From positions 820,152-884,151 of the forward strand of contig CAYYWQ010000001.1 in NCBI GenBank assembly GCA_964474825.1: 64,000 nt of DNA, given 5' to 3'. The notes under the pieces were generated by a model that was given only the letters and a program-made list of their open reading frames with translations, did no database searches and was not told where the DNA came from. Shown one piece after another: positions 58,541-64,000 of this stretch. The number at the start of each line of letters is the position of its first letter. Position 1 is the stretch's first letter. This DNA is from an uncultured Candidatus Saccharibacteria bacterium. Lineage in GTDB: Bacteria > Patescibacteriota > Doudnabacteria > UBA920. A program made the translations under genes and the position numbers.

Positions 58541-60298
58541 TTAGGGATCGACGAATCTTGCGGCAAGGCCGGAGACGGTGGCAATGGCCCCGTCGGTAAA
58601 CTTCTTGACGGCGCTGGGCTCCACATATGGAACAACCAACTGAGCAAACTGTTCGTCGCCCAGGACTGCTCGGGCCCAGCGCACACGGCGGAAATCGTCG
58701 AGATTGGTGGGGTTCTTGCGTTCGTAAAGAATCAAGTTGTCCAAAGACTCGGCCGCGACGTCTACCGTCGTTTTGCCGCCTTCGGAAAGTTCTAACACGA
58801 ACTTGGACGGGAAACTACAGAGTGCTCCCTGACAAAGTTGGAAGTACAATTGCCGGAACCCTTCCGACAGTTGGTGCTTCCTAACAAGAACAGCAAGACC
58901 GTCCAGGCTCTCCTGGAAGTCTGAGTAGGTAATAGCGAAATTGGGCTCACTGCCCATGGAGACAACAACCGCGTTGGCGAGCTCAATCAGTTTGGCGGGC
59001 TCGCCGACGAAAAGCGTTTTTGCCGTAAGATTGTCGTCCTTGCTCGCAGCGACAACAAACTTTTTGAAAGTTACTGCCGTGGGGTCGGAGTCGGTTTTGA
59101 AAATCCGCTCCTTCAGGGAAGTAAGCTGACCGGTCGAGAAACCGCGGTATTGAAGCGGAGCCTCGGGAGCCGGCACGCCTTGCGCAACTGCGACGAGGAT
59201 CTTCTCCTCTGCGGGAGCCGGGGAAGGAGCAATACTCTGAACGTGCGCTCGCCTTTTCCAAAGGCGGGGCGGGTCGACCGAAACGGTTTCAACGTCGGAT
59301 GTCGCGAGCAAAACGGCAAACGTAGGGTTAGCCTCCGGTTCCGTCCTGCCGGTTACAATCTTGAAGTCAGGAGCGACATTATCGCCGCCGAAGTTGCGGA
59401 TTTGCGAATAGAGCACCTTCATCATATGAGGCGTCCACTTGCCGGTGCGGTAAACAAGGGCGCGTTGGAGAATTTTGCCGCGTTCAAAGTAGTTTGGGAT
59501 TGCTCGCGCCCAAACCTCGGCCACGGTTTTTTCCACGTCCCCAATTTCGGAGATTGCGGGCAGCTCACCATACACAGGATACAAGTAGCCGCCGCCGTCC
59601 TGGTAAATAAACCGCTGGACCAAGTCGACAATGTCAATCTGGTCCGGGTTGAGCACAATGCGTCCTACGCAGTGGCTCAAGATTTGCTGGACGCGCCGGT
59701 CAAGCTCGGAAAACGCCTCGTCTTCTTCCATATCCACGAGGTTCTTGTCGGTGTCGAGGGCTGTTGTGTCCACGGCAATAATGCGCACGCCGAGACCAAC
59801 AACTTCCGCGAGCTGCTTTTTGTAGCCCTCAAGTTCCCCGGGGGAAACCGAAGGGTTGTCGCTGGAAGGGACGCTGACCACAACAATCGGGACAACCCCT
59901 TCCTGCAGCAGCAGCTCCACCATAGGCTTAAGCGTGCCCGTTCCGGTCCCCTTGCCCAGGGCAAAGAAACTGACGGCAATATCTAGCGGCTGAAGCGCCG
60001 CCGAAACTTTGTCGCGATGAAATTCAAACGCTGCCCGCGCGACCTCGGGGTTAAAGCCTGTGCCGTCGCGGCCCGTGCCGTCTTCACCTGTTCCCAGCAG
60101 CACGGAAGAGAACTCCAAACCGAATTCCCCGGCTTTAAAAAACACTTCCACTGCTTCAAGTGTGGCGTGATTTGTGTCGAGCGATGCATACCGCTCGGCT
60201 GGCCATCCGCTGCTTCTTCCGTAAGCAGCAAAGCGTTTGGCCATTTGGTTGCCGCCATAGCCGGAGCCAATGACTCCGACCGTTAATCTATTGGACAT
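58541..60298 (-). CDS. Divergent tubulin/FtsZ-superfamily GTPase, TubZ-like (585 aa with a long C-terminal extension)
   Basis: T1-like GVIGSGYGGNQMAKRF. SLDTNHATLE (compare FtsZ NTDAQAL). T4 GKGTGTG. T7-like LNPDQIDIVD (N-x-D-x-x-D). SD GGGAGGGG 4 nt upstream of the ATG at 60296-60298. Confidence 0.65.
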   Translation of the reverse strand: MSNRLTVGVIGSGYGGNQMAKRFAAYGRSSGWPAERYASLDTNHATLEAVEVFFKAGEFGLEFSSVLLGTGEDGTGRDGTGFNPEVARAAFEFHRDKVSAALQPLDIAVSFFALGKGTGTGTLKPMVELLLQEGVVPIVVVSVPSSDNPSVSPGELEGYKKQLAEVVGLGVRIIAVDTTALDTDKNLVDMEEDEAFSELDRRVQQILSHCVGRIVLNPDQIDIVDLVQRFIYQDGGGYLYPVYGELPAISEIGDVEKTVAEVWARAIPNYFERGKILQRALVYRTGKWTPHMMKVLYSQIRNFGGDNVAPDFKIVTGRTEPEANPTFAVLLATSDVETVSVDPPRLWKRRAHVQSIAPSPAPAEEKILVAVAQGVPAPEAPLQYRGFSTGQLTSLKERIFKTDSDPTAVTFKKFVVAASKDDNLTAKTLFVGEPAKLIELANAVVVSMGSEPNFAITYSDFQESLDGLAVLVRKHQLSEGFRQLYFQLCQGALCSFPSKFVLELSEGGKTTVDVAAESLDNLILYERKNPTNLDDFRRVRWARAVLGDEQFAQLVVPYVEPSAVKKFTDGAIATVSGLAARFVDP

Positions 60299-60953
60299 CT
60301 TTCCCCTCCCTAAAATCAAAAAGTAACCAAACCTGGTTTGTCTCCACGGCCCGCGCAAGGCGAAAACGTGGATCCGAAAATTCTTTTTCAATCAGCCTTA
60401 ACTCTTCGAGCGCGTGGCCTTGAAAGCCATGGCCCAAAGTTGGGTAAGTGCGGGACGGGTTCGGTCTGAGGCCAACCCAGACACCAGGCAATTCCAACCA
60501 CGGCTGAACGCTATAGCTTAAAGGGTCCCGGTGTGCGGGACTCGACCGGCGAACAAAAAATTGCTCGCCAATAAGCTCGCCGTGTTTGACCAACACCTCT
60601 CGAAGATACGTGTGAGCAGGTGGTGGCCGCCAATTGTATATATTTTGCGCCTGCAAGTCAAAACTCAAACCCTTTGTAAAACAGGGCTGAGCAAAATCGA
60701 CCGGAAAGAACCGCAGACTTGCTTCCGCAAATGCCTGATTTGCTAAAAGCAAGGAACGTATAAAACTATCGCGTTCGGGACCGTTAAGAACTGCGTGGTC
60801 GAAACGGATTACTCCATCCCGAACCACAAAATTCTGTTCGTAATCCGTGTTCCGGTTATGGTCGCGAAGGAACCGAAGCAAAAATTCGAGGAACTCCCTC
60901 AAAGCCTGCTCCAGCTCCCGGCCATTCCGGGAAAAACCAGACATCATATTCAT
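60288..60953 (-). CDS. Hypothetical protein, translationally coupled upstream partner of the TubZ-like gene
   Basis: 11-nt overlap (ATGTCCAATAG). SD GGAGG 6 nt upstream of the internal ATG. Confidence 0.4.
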   Translation of the reverse strand: MNMMSGFSRNGRELEQALREFLEFLLRFLRDHNRNTDYEQNFVVRDGVIRFDHAVLNGPERDSFIRSLLLANQAFAEASLRFFPVDFAQPCFTKGLSFDLQAQNIYNWRPPPAHTYLREVLVKHGELIGEQFFVRRSSPAHRDPLSYSVQPWLELPGVWVGLRPNPSRTYPTLGHGFQGHALEELRLIEKEFSDPRFRLARAVETNQVWLLFDFREGKDVQ

Positions 60954-60981
60954 TGGTTTCCTCCACCAATTTGTCAAAGTT

Positions 60982-61010
60982 CCAGAGAGATATTATAAAC
61001 AGAAGCAGGT
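60982..61010 (-). promoter_or_regulatory. sigma70-like promoter TTGAAA-17-TATAAT for the two-gene TubZ-like operon
   Basis: The reverse complement of 61005-61010 is TTGAAA and of 60982-60987 is TATAAT. Confidence 0.45.
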
Positions 61011-61182
61011 ATTATTTCAAGGTATATTATTGGCAAATTGCGCTTAAATATAAGATAAAATTTTTTAACCCTCTTTATAAAAATAAAGATTCCTCGCAGC
61101 AGAGTTATGAATGCGGAACCTGTGTTAGCTCCTCGGCTCGCTTATCCAGATTTCCGTTGGAATAGACACACCTACGTCGCTA

Positions 61183-61241
61183 ATAAAAAAGGCCGAGTGC
61201 GGGATCAACCATCTTAGGAATGGGATCCGCGCGCACTCGGC
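61183..61241 (-). terminator. Strong intrinsic terminator downstream of the 61288..62375 gene
   Basis: GCCGAGTGCGCGCGGATC...GATCCCGCACTCGGCC hairpin, followed by a T6 run on the minus strand. Confidence 0.5.
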
Positions 61242-61287
61242 GTTGGAAGGTTTGACGATGCTTAACGCGTAACTAAAAAGTATAGCG

Positions 61288-62375
61288 CTATTTAATTGGA
61301 ATTATTGGCCCGCCTCGACCGCCGCTTGCGACGGGAGGCCTACGGGGTACGGGATCGCGAGAGCGATCCTGCTCCTGTTTCAACGCATTGATTTGCGTTG
61401 TCAGTTTGTCATTCTCATGTCTACCCGCCGCCCGGACTTCGGACAGCTTAAAGTAAAAAACAATTGACACGATTACTAACCCTGAAGCTAGTACAGTGAA
61501 AACTGCGACAGCAACTCCAATCCACAAAGGCGGGATCGGCGCCCTGGTAACCACCAGGTCGTAAACCACAGTGTATCCAGTATGCTCGATCTGGAAACCC
61601 GCAAATCCTTCGCCCAGAATTTGAACAAGCATCTGCCCGTTTTCCTGGCGAACTTTTACCACATCAAACCCCGTCTGTTGGTCTAACTTCCCCAACTCCA
61701 CGGTAAAAGTATCCCCCACTTTCAGACTCATATGTTGAACAATCATATGATGGGACGGAAGCCCAACTTCTACCGGCTCTACGGTTTTAGGGTCAATCGT
61801 AATAATCATCTCTTTCGAATTATCTTGCCTGGACACCACGGTGTCGGAAGCGGCCGGTGGGGCCGCCAAAGTCTTAGGCTGGGAAATAACGAAAGTGTCG
61901 CTCGGTGCTGGGATGGTGGCAGGAGTGGCGGACGCCGAAGTTTTCGGGGCCGCGGGAGAAGCAGACTGAGGAGCCGGGGAAGATGTTTTCGCTACCACGG
62001 CTTGGGAGGAGGTTGAAATTCGGGAAGCAAAAAACACATTCGCTTCCTTAAAAAACAGGTTCGCCAGTTTCGGGTCTGCCTTAGCGTCTACCGCCAGCCA
62101 AAACTCCGGCTGGAGATGGGCGTCTTCGGGATTAATGAACTCACCCTTTGCCGGCTTTTGCACGGCGGGGATAAGGTTCGCGAAGTTGCGAACCTGCGGG
62201 AACAACTGGCCGCAGTTGTGCTGCAACCACCGAAGTCCATCCAGGGCGCCTTCGCCCTTGCTCACATCAACCGAGAGTCGATAGCGTCCGTCCACGGGCG
62301 ACGAACATTCTTGTGCCGTAGCGGCCGGAGCCGCCAAAAGCGCAAGGAAAAACAACAAAGCTATACGCATCGTCA
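61288..62375 (-). CDS. GC-rich island protein: signal peptide, Ala/Pro/Ser-rich linker, C-terminal TM anchor and basic tail
   Basis: Start chosen at MTMRIALLFFLALLAAPAATA, with SD AGAGGA. Confidence 0.5.
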
Positions 62376-62706
62376 TATTGTTCCTCTTTATGGGACTCAA
62401 AACTTCCCGACTAATCGTCTCGCTTGTGTTCGTAAACAACAAACAAAAACCAAACAATAAGCCCTAATGGGACTCCTTACTATATCAAAAAACCTCCAAA
62501 ATTGCAAGAGCCGGAAGTTTAAAAATTTTATATTTAAAAAAATTAGAGTAAAACGATTTAAACCATTTTTTCACTTTACCCACCAAAAGAAAAACTGCGG
62601 CTTGCTGGTAGGCAGGCCGCAGTCGTCCAGATAAGTTGTTACTTAGAGGTTGTCGCCTTTCTGAACTAAGGCGCCCGTTTAGGCCTAACGGGAAGGTTTC
62701 GCGTGT

Positions 62707-63714
62707 TTAGGGGCAGGGTACGGGTACGCCGTTAGCCCCAGTGAAGGCAACGCAGGCGGCTGTCTTAAACAGTGCCGGAGCACTAGGCCAGAGCCACCAT
62801 GCGCCCCCGACAATAGCCGCGCACTCAAGAATGGGCAGACCAATTCCGTAGAGGGATTTCTCCCGCGGGAAGCATGGGATGGGAACTTTGTGTCGCTTCT
62901 TAGTGATCACAATTTCCTCTTCGGGGGGTGGAGACTGAACAACGGTAAGTGAGCCCCGACAGACAGTACGCCTGCCCATGGAGTCCGTAACCCGGAACGC
63001 AATACTGGTGTTCTTTTCGGCTTTAACGGTTATAGAACCGCCTTGGCCGATTTCTTCCCAGTCGTCCCTCGACCACTTACCCGCCGCGCCGTCGGCATCG
63101 CCACGAATGTAACCTTCAAACGTGACACTGTCGCCGAACTTGGCCGTAGCAGCCGAAGGCCGGATTTCACATTCCGTTTGAGGCGGAATGGAAACAACTT
63201 CTGCGGGCGGAGGGGCCGGTACTTCCACGGGTGGTGGAGGCGGCTCTACGCGGGGTGGAGGGGCCGGAGCAGCCGGCGGCGGCGGAATGATGGGAATACT
63301 AACGACTCGCGGATTTCCGCAAACCTTCCCATTCCCGTCCTCGGGCCCAAGGTCGAACATGTCGCGGCCTTGACTATCAACGGCCACTTTTGTTCCTTTC
63401 GGGCGGATTTTCCACAACCACTGTTTCCCCGCCAAGGTCCAAGTGCACTCATTGGTTGGCTGAACCCGGAACTTAATGCCCGCCGGTACGAACCGAAACA
63501 AATTCACGAAGTGCGGTTCGTACGGTTCCTGCGCTGCGCACTTGGTGAGGTCCGGAAGCTCGGTTGGCCACACGACCTTTACACGCGAGGCCTTCTCCCA
63601 AGCGGAGTAACGGTCGTCGGACTCAATGGATGTCGTCTGGGCGAAGGCCGAAACCGACGCCAGAAAAAACAACGCGAAAACTACCGTAAGAACGGTAGTA
63701 CTTACTTTCTTCAT
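62707..63714 (-). CDS. GC-rich island protein: secreted, poly-proline segments (IPPPPAAPAPPPRVEPPPPPVEVPAPPP)
   Basis: Signal peptide MKKVSTTVLTVVFALFFLASVSAFA. SD AAGGAG. Confidence 0.5.
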   Translation of the reverse strand: MKKVSTTVLTVVFALFFLASVSAFAQTTSIESDDRYSAWEKASRVKVVWPTELPDLTKCAAQEPYEPHFVNLFRFVPAGIKFRVQPTNECTWTLAGKQWLWKIRPKGTKVAVDSQGRDMFDLGPEDGNGKVCGNPRVVSIPIIPPPPAAPAPPPRVEPPPPPVEVPAPPPAEVVSIPPQTECEIRPSAATAKFGDSVTFEGYIRGDADGAAGKWSRDDWEEIGQGGSITVKAEKNTSIAFRVTDSMGRRTVCRGSLTVVQSPPPEEEIVITKKRHKVPIPCFPREKSLYGIGLPILECAAIVGGAWWLWPSAPALFKTAACVAFTGANGVPVPCP

Positions 63715-63857
63715 GCTGATCTCCTTGAAATTTTCTGAAGTCCAAATTTACGGCCCGCTTGGACCGCTGTACTGCTGTGCCAGCGGTCTGCGAGCACATT
63801 ATAAGTGCTATGTAATTCATAACGCTCATAACGCGCCGGCAGATACTAGAACTCTTG

Positions 63858-63886
63858 ACTATAACAAAAAAACCGCTTTTTGTCAA
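63858..63886 (-). promoter_or_regulatory. sigma70-like promoter TTGACA-17-TATAGT at the right border of the GC-rich island
   Basis: The reverse complement of 63881-63886 is TTGACA and of 63858-63863 is TATAGT. The -35 box is embedded in the hairpin AAACCGC...GCGGTTT. Confidence 0.45.
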
Positions 63887-64000
63887 TAGACAATGCGGTT
63901 TTCACTCATTATTAAAGCCTAAATTGTGGCCTTTAAGGCAAGAATGATTTAAGCCACTTCTTGGCTTTGGCAACGTTTGGGTTACTTAGTACGTTTTTCA

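Noticed and set aside
58541-60391. Longer 616-aa version of the TubZ-like ORF starting at MKKNFRIH
   Set aside because: The first 31 codons overlap the upstream gene in another frame and lack an SD. The internal ATG at 60298 has SD GGGAGGGG and gives a typical N-terminus 8 residues before the T1 loop.
60978-61100. GGTAT(A)TTAT direct repeats as TubC-like centromere iterons
   Set aside because: Only two or three short AT-rich copies in an AT-rich promoter region. Indistinguishable from chance without more copies.
56043-63889. Numerous overlapping ORFs in all frames across the GC-rich island (for example 56464..57003, 57098..57547, 59150..59986, 63043..63738)
   Set aside because: High GC suppresses stop codons. 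Only the long same-strand frames with SD sites, signal peptides or recognisable motifs were kept.
55900-63900. Searched island borders for integrase or transposase genes, tRNA att sites or direct repeats
   Set aside because: None was recognisable. The island right border instead carries a sigma70-type promoter, so the acquisition mechanism remains unknown.

Overview
This 64-kb window looks like an AT-rich, gene-dense bacterial chromosome segment, with a Candidate-Phyla-Radiation-like gene set, almost entirely on the minus strand. It also carries three compositionally distinct GC-rich insertions.

Recognisable housekeeping genes:
- groES and groEL
- metK, preceded by a SAM-I riboswitch and a sigma70-type promoter
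- a pentose-phosphate and gluconeogenic cluster: transaldolase, class I fructose-bisphosphate aldolase, glpX and transketolase
- a LOG-family protein
- HU, nusB and rpmF
- ftsZ
- nrdR and nrdJ (class II ribonucleotide reductase), next to a cob(I)alamin adenosyltransferase and a lipoprotein with a putative B12-binding beta-domain
- ndk, fpg, a short RelA/SpoT homolog, a cyclophilin and ComEC
- tRNA-Pro and tRNA-Gly

Accessory and unusual content:
1. A giant RHS/YD-repeat protein of more than 2600 aa with an SpvB-like N-terminus and a LamG-like domain. Its ORF runs off the window start.
2. A 1209-aa secreted low-complexity surface protein and a 1679-aa giant protein with KID-type tandem repeats and a C-terminal HExxH motif.
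3. Three families of short palindromic repeats. One of them, the TACTAAC family, occurs both as cargo-less elements of about 85 bp and as inverted repeats that exactly bracket a GxxExxY-family gene. This looks like a miniature mobile cassette.
4. A segment of about 2.5 kb (28.0-30.6 kb) with higher GC. It encodes at least five small hydrophobic peptides, each preceded by a strong Shine-Dalgarno sequence, including a translationally coupled pair.
5. An island of about 7.8 kb (about 55960-63790) at roughly 58% GC, with its own sigma70-like promoters. It encodes a divergent TubZ/FtsZ-superfamily GTPase with T1, T4 and T7 motifs present, plus four proline-rich secreted or membrane proteins and one unknown protein. 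This is the strongest candidate for an undescribed system. It could be a second, tubulin-like cytoskeletal or segregation module sitting next to the canonical ftsZ.

All calls rest on reading the sequence and on motif recognition. No searches were run.
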